A DNA stretch of 32,000 nt from Delftia acidovorans NBRC 14950. GTDB taxonomy: Bacteria; Pseudomonadota; Gammaproteobacteria; Burkholderiales; Burkholderiaceae_C. The stretch is from contig NZ_BCZP01000014.1 of the NCBI RefSeq assembly GCF_001598795.1, forward strand, positions 90,001 to 122,000. The letters run 5' to 3'. The translations under genes were made by a program, and so were the position numbers. Of the stretch, positions 16,021 through 23,650 are shown one piece after another; position 1 is the stretch's first letter; every line of letters starts with the position of its first letter. The notes beneath the pieces are model-generated. The model had not been told where the DNA came from. It made no database searches and saw nothing but the letters and a program-made list of their open reading frames with translations.

Positions 16021-17127
16021 ATGCCGGGAGCATCGGACAGGGACGGGCTCCCGGAAGGCGACCTTCCGGCAGAGGATCTGGTGGCAGAGAACCTGGCGGC
16101 AGAAAACCTGGCGATGCTCCCCGCCGCCGTCCATGCCTATCTGGAGCATGTGCGCGTGCAAAAGCGCCTGGCCGACCGCACCTGCGCACTCTATGCGCTG
16201 GACATGGCCCGGCTTTGCACCATGGCCCGCGACGCCGGCCAGGAGCTGCTGGCGCTGCAGCCCGCCCACATCCGCCGCTTCGTGGCCCAGATGCATTCCC
16301 GGGGCCGCAGCCCGCGCGGCATTGCGCTCATCCTGTCTGGCTGGCGCAGCTTCTTCCGCTGGGCAGCCCAGCAATCGCTGGTGCCCTTCAATCCCGTCGA
16401 GGGCGTGCGCGGTCCCAAGGCCCCCAAACCCCTGCCCAAGGCATTGGGCGTGGATGACGCCGTGCAGCTGGCCGCCTTCAGCAACGCCGACGCCGACCCC
16501 TGGATCGAGGCACGTGACGCCGCCATCACCGAACTGCTCTACAGCTGCGGCCTGCGCGTGGGCGAGCTGGTGGGCCTGGACGTGGCGCCCGGCCAGGACA
16601 CGCAGCGCCAGGGCCGTGGCTGGATAGATTTGCAGGCCGCCGATGCCCATGTGCAGGGCAAGGGCGGCAAGCGGCGCACCGTGCCCGTGGGCGCCGCCGC
16701 GCTGCAGGCGCTGCAGCGCTGGCTGGCCTTGCGGGAGACGGGCCTGGCTGGCGCGGCCGCGCAGGCTGCGCATCACGAACCCGCACTTTTCATCGGCCGG
16801 CGCGGCGAACGCCTGGGCGCGCAGTCGGTCTGGGCCCGGCTGCGCCAGCGCGGCCAGCAGGCCGGGCTGACGGCCGGTGTCCATCCCCATGTGCTGCGGC
16901 ATTCGTTTGCCAGCCACATGCTGCAGTCCAGCGGGGACCTGCGCGCCGTGCAGGAATTGCTGGGCCACGCCAGCATCTCGACCACGCAGATCTACACGCG
17001 CCTGGATTTCCAGCATCTGGCCCAGGCCTACGAGAGCGCCCATCCGCGCGCGCGGCGCCAGAGTGGGGGCGGCAGCGACAGTGGCGATGGCAATGGAGAT
17101 AGCGATGAAAAGGGCAGCCTCCGATAA
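16021..17127 (+). CDS. xerC: Tyrosine recombinase XerC (start uncertain: 16021 or 16114)
   Basis: The conserved core starts at MLPAAVHAYLEHVRVQKRLADRT (ATG 16114). Catalytic blocks are ARDAAITELLYSCGLRVGELVGLD, HPHVLRHSFASHMLQSSGDLRAVQELLGHASISTTQIYT and LDFQHLAQAYESAHPRA. A low-complexity C-terminal tail reads GGGSDSGDGNGDSDEKGS. Confidence 0.85.
   Translation: MPGASDRDGLPEGDLPAEDLVAENLAAENLAMLPAAVHAYLEHVRVQKRLADRTCALYALDMARLCTMARDAGQELLALQPAHIRRFVAQMHSRGRSPRGIALILSGWRSFFRWAAQQSLVPFNPVEGVRGPKAPKPLPKALGVDDAVQLAAFSNADADPWIEARDAAITELLYSCGLRVGELVGLDVAPGQDTQRQGRGWIDLQAADAHVQGKGGKRRTVPVGAAALQALQRWLALRETGLAGAAAQAAHHEPALFIGRRGERLGAQSVWARLRQRGQQAGLTAGVHPHVLRHSFASHMLQSSGDLRAVQELLGHASISTTQIYTRLDFQHLAQAYESAHPRARRQSGGGSDSGDGNGDSDEKGSLR
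16068..16112 (+). repeat. Three tandem copies of a 15-nt unit immediately 5' of the conserved xerC start
   Basis: GGCAGAGGATCTGGT / GGCAGAGAACCTGGC / GGCAGAAAACCTGGC. If translated from 16021 this gives AEDLV-AENLA-AENLA. Confidence 0.8.
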
Positions 17128-17197
17128 AAAAGGCCAAGCCCTCTGGCAAAACAGCACTTGACAGGCTCGCTAAACTTATTCGGAACGTCTTTTCGAC

Positions 17198-17224
17198 AAG
17201 GCCCGTCCATGGTGGACGGGCCTT
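17198..17224 (+). terminator. Stem-loop downstream of xerC (possible terminator, weak U tract)
   Basis: AAGGCCCGTCCA-TGG-TGGACGGGCCTT is a perfect 12-bp stem. It is followed by GCCGCTTCCCTTT rather than a clean T run. Confidence 0.35.
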
Positions 17225-17261
17225 GCCGCTTCCCTTTGCTGAATTTTCTGAAAGCAATCCC

Positions 17262-18377
17262 ATGGCACTGATTCCCGTCACCATCCTCACCGGCTTCCTG
17301 GGCTCGGGCAAGACCACGCTGCTCAAGCGCGTGCTCAGCGAGTCCCACGGCATGAAGATCGCCGTGATCGAGAACGAGTTCGGAGAAGAGAACATCGACA
17401 CCGACATCCTCAGGACGGAGTCCAAGGAGCAGATCCTGCAGATGAGCAACGGCTGCATCTGCTGCACCATCCGCGAAGACCTGCGCGAAACCCTGCAGCT
17501 GCTGGCCGCCAAGCGCCGCAAGGGCCTGGTGGAGTTCGACCGCATCGTGATCGAGACCACGGGCCTTGCCGATCCCGGCCCCGTCGCCCAGACCTTCTTC
17601 ATGGACGACGAGATCGCCGAGACCTATCTGATCGACTCCATCCTCACCCTGGTCGATGCCAAGCACGCCAACCAGCAGCTGGACGACCGCCAGGAGGCGC
17701 GCCGCCAGGTCGGCTTTGCCGACCAGCTGTTCCTGTCCAAGACCGACCTGGTCAGCGAGGACGAGAAGAACGCGCTCATCCACCGCCTCAAGCACATGAA
17801 CCCGCGCGCGCCCATCCGCGCCGTGCATTTCGGCGAAGTGCCCCTGAACGAAGTCTTCGACCTGCGCGGCTTCAACCTCAATGCCAAGCTGGACATCGAT
17901 CCCGACTTCCTCAAGGAAGACGACCACGACCACGGACATGACCATGGCCACAAGCATGAGCATGACGAGCACTGCGGCCACGACCATGGCCATGAGCACG
18001 ACGAGAACTGCGGGCACGACCACGCCCATGACCACGAGCATGGCGAGCACTGCAAGCATCCGCACCACCATCACCACGATGACGACGTCAAGAGCTTCGT
18101 CTACCGTGCCGACCGTGCCTTTGACCCTGCCCGCCTGGAGGACTTCCTGGGCGCCATCGTCAACATCTACGGCCCGCGCATGCTGCGCTACAAGGGCGTG
18201 CTGAACATGCAGGGCACGGAGCGCAAGGTCATTTTCCAGGGCGTGCACCAGCTCATGGGCAGCGACCTGGGACCGCAGTGGGCCGAGGGCGAAAAGCGCC
18301 AGAGCAAGATGGTCTTCATTGGCATCGACCTGCCCCAGGACATCTTCCTGCAGGGCCTGGAGCAGTGCCTGGTCTGA
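17262..18377 (+). CDS. COG0523-family (CobW/ZigA/YeiR-like) metallochaperone GTPase with His-rich insert
   Basis: The track ORF was trimmed to MALIPVTILTGFLGSGKTTLLKRVL (Walker A). It has the CxCC metal motif SNGCICCTIRED. A His/Asp-rich stretch reads DHDHGHDHGHKHEHDEHCGHDHGHEHDENCGHDHAHDHEHGEHCKHPHHHHHDDD and precedes the CobW C-terminal domain. Confidence 0.85.
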   Translation: MALIPVTILTGFLGSGKTTLLKRVLSESHGMKIAVIENEFGEENIDTDILRTESKEQILQMSNGCICCTIREDLRETLQLLAAKRRKGLVEFDRIVIETTGLADPGPVAQTFFMDDEIAETYLIDSILTLVDAKHANQQLDDRQEARRQVGFADQLFLSKTDLVSEDEKNALIHRLKHMNPRAPIRAVHFGEVPLNEVFDLRGFNLNAKLDIDPDFLKEDDHDHGHDHGHKHEHDEHCGHDHGHEHDENCGHDHAHDHEHGEHCKHPHHHHHDDDVKSFVYRADRAFDPARLEDFLGAIVNIYGPRMLRYKGVLNMQGTERKVIFQGVHQLMGSDLGPQWAEGEKRQSKMVFIGIDLPQDIFLQGLEQCLV

Positions 18378-18436
18378 GTTTTTTGTGAACCTTTGTGGGC
18401 AATCGGATGGCTTCTTGCTGACATCTGAATGACACA

Positions 18437-18470
18437 GGGGCCGCCCGCATGCGTGGGTGGCCCCTTTGCA
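18437..18470 (+). terminator. Intrinsic terminator after the COG0523 gene
   Basis: GGGGCCGCCC-GCATGCGT-GGGTGGCCCC is a 10-bp stem with one G-U pair, followed by TTTGCATT. It lies 60 nt after the stop codon. Confidence 0.6.
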
Positions 18471-18494
18471 TTCCTGTGGGGTATGTGCAACGGC

Positions 18495-18522
18495 TTGCGC
18501 TCCTGTAGAGCATCGATACAAT
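18495..18522 (+). promoter_or_regulatory. Sigma70-like promoter candidate (TTGCGC-N16-TACAAT) about 390 nt upstream of dksA
   Basis: The sequence reads TTGCGC tcctgtagagcatcga TACAAT. It is located just after the terminator at 18437-18470. Confidence 0.4.
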
Positions 18523-18596
18523 CGCGCCCCTGAAGAGAGCCCCCAAGCCCAATGGACTGCCCCGCAGGGGTCGCCCATACCGTGAGGAGACAGCAA

Positions 18597-18890
18597 GTGA
18601 GCGCCGAATCCAGCAAGAAGCCGTCAGTGGCCGCACCGGCCCCGGCTGCAAGCCAGAAGGCCGCGGTCCGCACTGCGGTCGGCGTTGCCGACCTGGTGTC
18701 CCTTGCTGACCGCAAAAGGGCTCTTTGCACGCACGGCCGCCGCACGGCCTGGATTGCCGCACCCCGCCGTACGGGAAAGCCGGCAGGTTCCGCAACTGCG
18801 GCGATCGGCTGTCCTACACGGCATTCGACCCGGGCGCCCCGATTGACAGTACCATCCATGGCCCCGTCCGAAGCCCTCGGCGCGGACTAA
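18597..18890 (+). CDS. Doubtful small ORF (97 codons from GTG) in the dksA leader. It may be non-coding or frameshifted.
   Basis: A GAGGAGA Shine-Dalgarno-like motif lies 7 nt before GTG 18597. The first 35 or so codons look coding-like. Overall GC3 is only about 70% by hand count, and the second half is Arg-rich and unprotein-like. I recognise no family. Confidence 0.2.
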   Translation: MSAESSKKPSVAAPAPAASQKAAVRTAVGVADLVSLADRKRALCTHGRRTAWIAAPRRTGKPAGSATAAIGCPTRHSTRAPRLTVPSMAPSEALGAD

Positions 18891-18908
18891 GTTAGCGAAA
18901 CCAACACT

Positions 18909-19403
18909 ATGCCTACCACTACGCAAACGCCTTCGTCGGGATCGACGAAACGAGACCCCAAGCTGGCCAATGCCTGGAAGACCAAGTCGGTGGAAGAACT
19001 GACGGATGCCGAAGTGCTGGCCATGTCGGATGACGAATACATGAATGAGAAGCAGATGGCGTTCTTCCGCCTCAAGCTGCTCACTCTCAAGCACGACATG
19101 CACACCAACGCGGGTGAGACGGCAGAAAACCTGCGCGAGGACACCGTGGTGGTTCCCGATCCGGCCGACCGCGCCACCATCGAGGAAGAGCATGCGCTGG
19201 AACTGCGCACGCGCGACCGCGAACGCAAGCTGCTCAAGAAGATCGAGCAATCCATTGCACGCATCGACGCAGGCGACTACGGCTACTGCGACGAGACCGG
19301 CGAGCCCATCGGCGTGGGCCGCCTGCTGGCCCGCCCCACGGCCACGCTGTCGCTGGAAGCCCAGCAGCGCCGTGAGCTCAAGCAGAAGATGTATGGGGAT
19401 TGA
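18909..19403 (+). CDS. dksA: DksA-family RNA-polymerase-binding transcription factor, zinc-finger cysteines largely absent (DksA2-like)
   Basis: DEYMNEKQMAFFRLKLLTLK is present. The coiled-coil tip reads PDPADRATIEEE (DxxDxA). The C-terminus YGYCDETGEPIGVGRLLARPTATLSLEAQQ aligns to E. coli [30 protein letters not shown], giving CxxT-x17-SxxA instead of CxxC-x17-CxxC. Confidence 0.85.
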   Translation: MPTTTQTPSSGSTKRDPKLANAWKTKSVEELTDAEVLAMSDDEYMNEKQMAFFRLKLLTLKHDMHTNAGETAENLREDTVVVPDPADRATIEEEHALELRTRDRERKLLKKIEQSIARIDAGDYGYCDETGEPIGVGRLLARPTATLSLEAQQRRELKQKMYGD

Positions 19404-19448
19404 GTTGCAGCAACGGCCTGCAGGCCGTCGGTGCTAATCTGACTCGCC

Positions 19449-21230
19449 ATGGCAAAAGAAGAGAGCAGCAAATCGGGGGGGTTGTTGTCCAAGGTGGTGC
19501 GCTTTGTGCGCCACCCTACGGTCAATTGGTCCGACCTCGACGGCCTGGACGGGGAGCAGGAAAGCCAGTACAGCAAGCAGGCGCTCAAGGAAATGATCGA
19601 GCGCAAGCGACGCAACGATTTCGTGCGCAAGCGCGAGTTCGACCAGCTGCGCCGCCTGCGCCAGGCCGAGCTGCAACAGGCCTCCAGGCCGGGGAGCGCA
19701 CCGGTCGGTGTGCCTGGCCCCGCCGCGCAGGGCTCGCAATTTCTCAGCAGCCTGCTGAGCTCCAAATCCTCCGGTGAACGCGCCGTCACGCTCAAGAAGA
19801 TCGACGAGATCGAGGCCCAGATGTCCCAGCAATGGTGGCGGGGCAAGCAGGCGGCCGATGCAACCACCATTCCCATGGCGCTGCCTGCGGGCGGCAATCC
19901 GGCCCCGGCCTCGTTTCGCAAGCAGCCGCCGCCGTCTGGGCAGATTCCCATGCTCAGCGACGTGGTGCCGCCGGCCATTGCCTCGGCCGGCGACGTGGCA
20001 GCCTTTGCCACCACCTTGCCCATGAGCCTGGCACCTGCGCCGCAGGTGCCCTCCGTCTCGACGGCTCCCATCATTGACCCCATGCCCATGGCCCGCCCCC
20101 TGCGGCCATTGGAGGGGGCGACCGATTTCCTGCCCGCCTTCGCGGCCACCGAGGTCTCTCCGCCGCAGCCCATGGACATGGTGCCGCCCTGCTTCGTGGT
20201 GTTCGAGCACGATCCCGACCTGGAAGAGCCGGCCATCCTCTTTGCCAATGGCGATGTGGATGGTGCCGAGCAGGGCATGCTGGAGCTGATCGACCGGCGC
20301 GATGTTCCCGCACAGCTGCCGGTCTGGCTGGCCTTGCTGGACCTGTACCGTGCGGCCGACCGCCCGCTGCAGTTCGACAAGGCGGGCATCGAATTCGCGG
20401 CGCGCTTCGGCCGCTCCGCTCCCCAATGGTTTGCGATGCCGCAACAGCGCACCGCCCCCGTGGTGTCCATGCCGGGCGCAGCGGCCGGGCGTGGCTGGCG
20501 CTGGAGCGCACCTGCGCAGATCACGCCGAGTGCCGTGACGGCGCTGAAGGCCTCCCAGGCCAAGGCTTCCAGCCCCTGGAGCCTGGACTGGGCTGCCGTG
20601 GCCGGCATCGACGATGCGGCGGCCACGCCCCTGGAGGCGCTGCTGCAGCAATGGGCGGGCTCACAGGGTGTGTTCGTGCTGCTCAATGCGGACCGGCTGC
20701 TGGCGCTGCTGGGCACGCTGGCTCCCTCGGGCGATTCCAGCGTGGAGACGCTGTGGTGGCGGTTGCGCATGGCGGTGCTGCGTTTGATGAACCGGCAGGA
20801 TGATTTCGAGCTGGTGGCGCTGGACTACTGCGTCACCTATGAGGTATCGCCTCCCTCGTGGGTGGACCCGGTCTGCCAGTGCCTGACGCAAGCCATCGAA
20901 ACCGAGGGCGCGGATGCGCCCCTGCAGGCAGGCATTGCTGCCACGGCGGACGCCGTGCGATTTGCGCTGGCCGGCACCATTGAAGGCGATGCCTCCACCT
21001 GGCTGGACCCGGTGCAGGAGGGGGCCAGCCTGGGCGAGCCCGTGTTCATCGACTGTACCCAACTGGTGCGCATGGACTTTGCGGCGGCCGGCTCCGTGCT
21101 CAACTGGGCTGCCCACATGCAGTCGCTGGGCCATGTGCTGCAGTTCGGCCAGCTGCACCAACTGGTGGCGGTGTTCTTCAACGTGATCGGCATCCACGAG
21201 CACGCGCAGGTCACTCCACGGCGCGACTGA
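19449..21230 (+). CDS. Hypothetical 593-aa protein: basic N-terminal helix, Pro/Ala-rich linker, two C-terminal STAS-like modules
   Basis: Long ORF with consistent high GC3. The N-terminus reads [32 protein letters not shown]. The C-terminus [68 protein letters not shown] resembles a SpoIIAA/STAS fold. An earlier, similar module reads [46 protein letters not shown]. Confidence 0.65.
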   Translation: MAKEESSKSGGLLSKVVRFVRHPTVNWSDLDGLDGEQESQYSKQALKEMIERKRRNDFVRKREFDQLRRLRQAELQQASRPGSAPVGVPGPAAQGSQFLSSLLSSKSSGERAVTLKKIDEIEAQMSQQWWRGKQAADATTIPMALPAGGNPAPASFRKQPPPSGQIPMLSDVVPPAIASAGDVAAFATTLPMSLAPAPQVPSVSTAPIIDPMPMARPLRPLEGATDFLPAFAATEVSPPQPMDMVPPCFVVFEHDPDLEEPAILFANGDVDGAEQGMLELIDRRDVPAQLPVWLALLDLYRAADRPLQFDKAGIEFAARFGRSAPQWFAMPQQRTAPVVSMPGAAAGRGWRWSAPAQITPSAVTALKASQAKASSPWSLDWAAVAGIDDAAATPLEALLQQWAGSQGVFVLLNADRLLALLGTLAPSGDSSVETLWWRLRMAVLRLMNRQDDFELVALDYCVTYEVSPPSWVDPVCQCLTQAIETEGADAPLQAGIAATADAVRFALAGTIEGDASTWLDPVQEGASLGEPVFIDCTQLVRMDFAAAGSVLNWAAHMQSLGHVLQFGQLHQLVAVFFNVIGIHEHAQVTPRRD

Positions 21231-21317
21231 TCCTGCCGCGCAGCGGCTGCGCCACACCCCTTCCGGCAGGATGGCGCGCTCGCCGCGAAGAGCGCGTGGG
21301 CATTCTTTGAGCGGACC

Positions 21318-21345
21318 CTTGAGAAGGCCGCCTTCGCCCTCATCT
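21318..21345 (+). promoter_or_regulatory. Sigma32 (RpoH)-like promoter candidate directly upstream of hslV
   Basis: CTTGAGA-N13-CCTCATCT compared with the consensus CTTGAAA-N13/14-CCCCATNT gives 6/7 and 7/8 by hand. Caveat: the -10 element ends only 9 nt before the hslV ATG. Confidence 0.35.
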
Positions 21346-21354
21346 GGCACCGCT

Positions 21355-21900
21355 ATGGAACAGTATCACGGCACCACCATCATCAGCGTGCGCCGGCAGA
21401 CCCCCGAAGGCGTGCAGGTCGCCATCGGTGGCGATGGCCAGGTCACATTGGGCAACATCGTCGTCAAGGGCACGGCACGCAAGGTGCGCAAGCTCTACCA
21501 CGGCAAGGTGCTTGCCGGCTTTGCCGGCGCCACGGCAGACGCCTTCACGCTGTTCGAGCGCTTCGAGGCCAAGCTGGAAAAGCACCAGGGACACCTGACG
21601 CGGGCAGCCATCGAGCTGACCAAGGACTGGCGCACCGACCGCGTGCTGCGCCGTCTGGAGGCCATGCTGGCCGTGGCCGACGCATCGGCCTCGCTGATCA
21701 TCACCGGCAACGGCGACGTGCTGGAGCCCGAGCAGGGCATCGTGTCCATCGGCTCGGGCGGCGCCTATGCGCACTCGGCGGCCAAGGCGCTGCTGACCAA
21801 TACCGAGCTGTCGGCCGAGGAGATCGTGCGCAAGTCGCTGGCCATCGCCGGCGAGCTGTGCATCTACACCAACATGCACCACACGGTCGAGACGCTCTGA
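21355..21900 (+). CDS. hslV: ATP-dependent protease subunit HslV
   Basis: [77 protein letters not shown] is collinear with E. coli HslV. The track ORF was trimmed to ATG 21355. Confidence 0.93.
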   Translation: MEQYHGTTIISVRRQTPEGVQVAIGGDGQVTLGNIVVKGTARKVRKLYHGKVLAGFAGATADAFTLFERFEAKLEKHQGHLTRAAIELTKDWRTDRVLRRLEAMLAVADASASLIITGNGDVLEPEQGIVSIGSGGAYAHSAAKALLTNTELSAEEIVRKSLAIAGELCIYTNMHHTVETL

Positions 21901-22017
21901 CACCCGCGCGGCGCCGGCTTGCCCAGCAGGCCGGCGATCGAAACGCACGGCATTGAAACTCACAGTCGCCAGCGGCCAGGCAACGGGGCTGGCGGCGCAA
22001 TGCATCGAATACACACC

Positions 22018-23337
22018 ATGTCCTCTGCCATGACCCCCCAGGAGATCGTCTCCGAACTGGACCGCCACATCGTCGGCCAGGCTGGCGCCAAGCGCGCCGT
22101 GGCCATCGCGCTGCGCAACCGCTGGCGCCGCCAGAACGTGGCCGACGGCCTGCGCCAGGAGATCACGCCCAAGAACATCCTCATGATCGGTCCCACAGGC
22201 GTGGGCAAGACCGAGATCGCGCGCCGCCTGGCGCGGCTGGCCGATGCGCCCTTCATCAAGGTCGAGGCCACCAAGTTCACCGAAGTGGGCTACGTGGGCA
22301 AGGACGTGGATGCCATCATCCGCGACCTGGCAGAGGTGGCCGTCAAGCAGACGCGCGAGGCCGACATGAAGAAGCTGCGCCTGCGCGCCGAAGACGCGGC
22401 CGAGGACCGCATCCTCGACGTGCTCGTGCCCCAGGCCCGCAGCGGCGAGGTGGCCGCCGACAACACGGCACGCCAGGTTTTCCGCAAGAAGCTGCGCGAG
22501 GGCCAGCTCGACGACAAGGAAATCGAGATCGATGTCGCCGACGCGCCGCCCCAGGTGCAGATCATGGGTCCCCAGGGCATGGAAGAGATGGCCGAGCAGC
22601 TGCGCGGCATGTTCAGCCACATGGGCCAGGAAAAGCGCAAGACGCGCAAGCTGCGCATTGCCGAGGCCATGAAGCTGCTGACCGACGAGGAAGCGGCAAA
22701 ACTGGTCAACGAGGAAGACGTGCGCACCCGCGCCATCGCCAATGCCGAGCAGAACGGCATCGTCTTCATCGACGAGATCGACAAGGTGGCCACGCGCCAG
22801 GAAACCAGCGGCTCCGACATCTCGCGCCAGGGCGTGCAGCGCGACCTGCTGCCCCTGGTCGAAGGCACCAGCGTCTCCACCAAGTACGGCGTGGTCAAGA
22901 CCGACCACATCCTGTTCATCGCCTCGGGCGCCTTCCACCTGTCCAAGCCCAGCGACCTCATCCCCGAGCTGCAAGGGCGCTTCCCGATCCGCGTGGAGCT
23001 GGACTCGCTGTCGGTCCAGGACTTCGAGGCCATTCTCACCCAGACCCATGCCTCCCTGGTCAAGCAGTACCAGGCGCTGCTGGCCACCGAAGGCGTCACG
23101 CTGGAATTCACGCCCGAAGGCATCACCCGGCTCGCCGGCATCGCCTTCGATGTCAACGAGCGCACCGAGAACATCGGCGCGCGCCGCCTGTCCACCGTGC
23201 TCGAGCGCCTGCTGGACGAGGTCAGCTTCGACGCGGCCAATCTGTCGGGCCAGACCATCTCCATCGACGCGGTCTACGTGGACCAGCGTCTGCAGTCCCT
23301 GAGCCAGGACGAAGACCTCTCGCGCTTCATCCTCTGA
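22018..23337 (+). CDS. hslU: ATP-dependent protease ATPase subunit HslU
   Basis: [39 protein letters not shown] matches the E. coli [20 protein letters not shown] start. Walker A is [15 protein letters not shown], and [10 protein letters not shown] is present. Confidence 0.93.
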   Translation: MSSAMTPQEIVSELDRHIVGQAGAKRAVAIALRNRWRRQNVADGLRQEITPKNILMIGPTGVGKTEIARRLARLADAPFIKVEATKFTEVGYVGKDVDAIIRDLAEVAVKQTREADMKKLRLRAEDAAEDRILDVLVPQARSGEVAADNTARQVFRKKLREGQLDDKEIEIDVADAPPQVQIMGPQGMEEMAEQLRGMFSHMGQEKRKTRKLRIAEAMKLLTDEEAAKLVNEEDVRTRAIANAEQNGIVFIDEIDKVATRQETSGSDISRQGVQRDLLPLVEGTSVSTKYGVVKTDHILFIASGAFHLSKPSDLIPELQGRFPIRVELDSLSVQDFEAILTQTHASLVKQYQALLATEGVTLEFTPEGITRLAGIAFDVNERTENIGARRLSTVLERLLDEVSFDAANLSGQTISIDAVYVDQRLQSLSQDEDLSRFIL

Positions 23338-23367
23338 AACGGGCCGGCTGCCGCGCAGCCGCCACCG

Positions 23368-23403
23368 AAGTGACTGCCCGCATTGCCGGGCAGTCACTTT
23401 TTG
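23368..23403 (+). terminator. Intrinsic terminator after hslU
   Basis: AAGTGACTGCCCG-CATTGC-CGGGCAGTCACTT is a perfect 13-bp stem running into TTTTTGT. Confidence 0.7.
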
Positions 23404-23616
23404 TAGGAGGGTTGCCCGAGTTGCAACCGGTCGCCGGCGAATTGAATCGTTGCAATTGCGTGCAGGCTTTGAGAGATCACTTGCAGTCAGTCCTCTAAGT
23501 ACTTGTAAAGCCAGGGATTTTTGTCACCACTCACATTGCATTCGGCTTCTAAGTTGTTGATTTCATTGCAAATAATTGTCCATTCCCGGGTTGTGAAACA
23601 CCAAATTGCTGCTACA

Positions 23617-23650
23617 GTGCAAAAAAGTGCAATTAAGTGGTGAAAGTTGC
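23617..23650 (+). promoter_or_regulatory. Candidate MraZ operator: four GTG/GTT-led direct repeats with exact 10-bp phasing upstream of mraZ
   Basis: GTGCaaaaaa GTGCaattaa GTGGtgaaa GTTGcc, with starts at 23617, 23627, 23637 and 23647. It lies 56-89 nt upstream of the mraZ GTG start. E. coli MraZ is known to bind phased direct repeats in Pmra. Confidence 0.5.

Noticed and set aside
16021-17127. The tyrosine recombinase as a possible integrase marking a genomic island or prophage boundary.
   Set aside because: The sequence is collinear with chromosomal XerC, and the gene sits in the classical dapF-DUF484(yigA)-xerC arrangement. There is no adjacent tRNA, no direct repeats and no phage or IS genes.
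17128-17261. A search for a Zur box upstream of the COG0523 gene, and also in 18378..18908 upstream of dksA.
   Set aside because: No AT-rich palindrome of the GTTATA-N-TATAAC type is visible. Only a TTGACA hexamer without a matching -10 and a GC hairpin are present. Absence by eye is not proof, so a PWM scan is still needed.
18471-18908. The possibility that the long spacer before dksA encodes a known ncRNA (6S RNA, SRP RNA, tmRNA or a riboswitch).
   Set aside because: I could not find any of the conserved sequence blocks of these RNAs, nor a long end-to-end pairing as in 6S RNA. It is left as an open finding rather than called as a feature.
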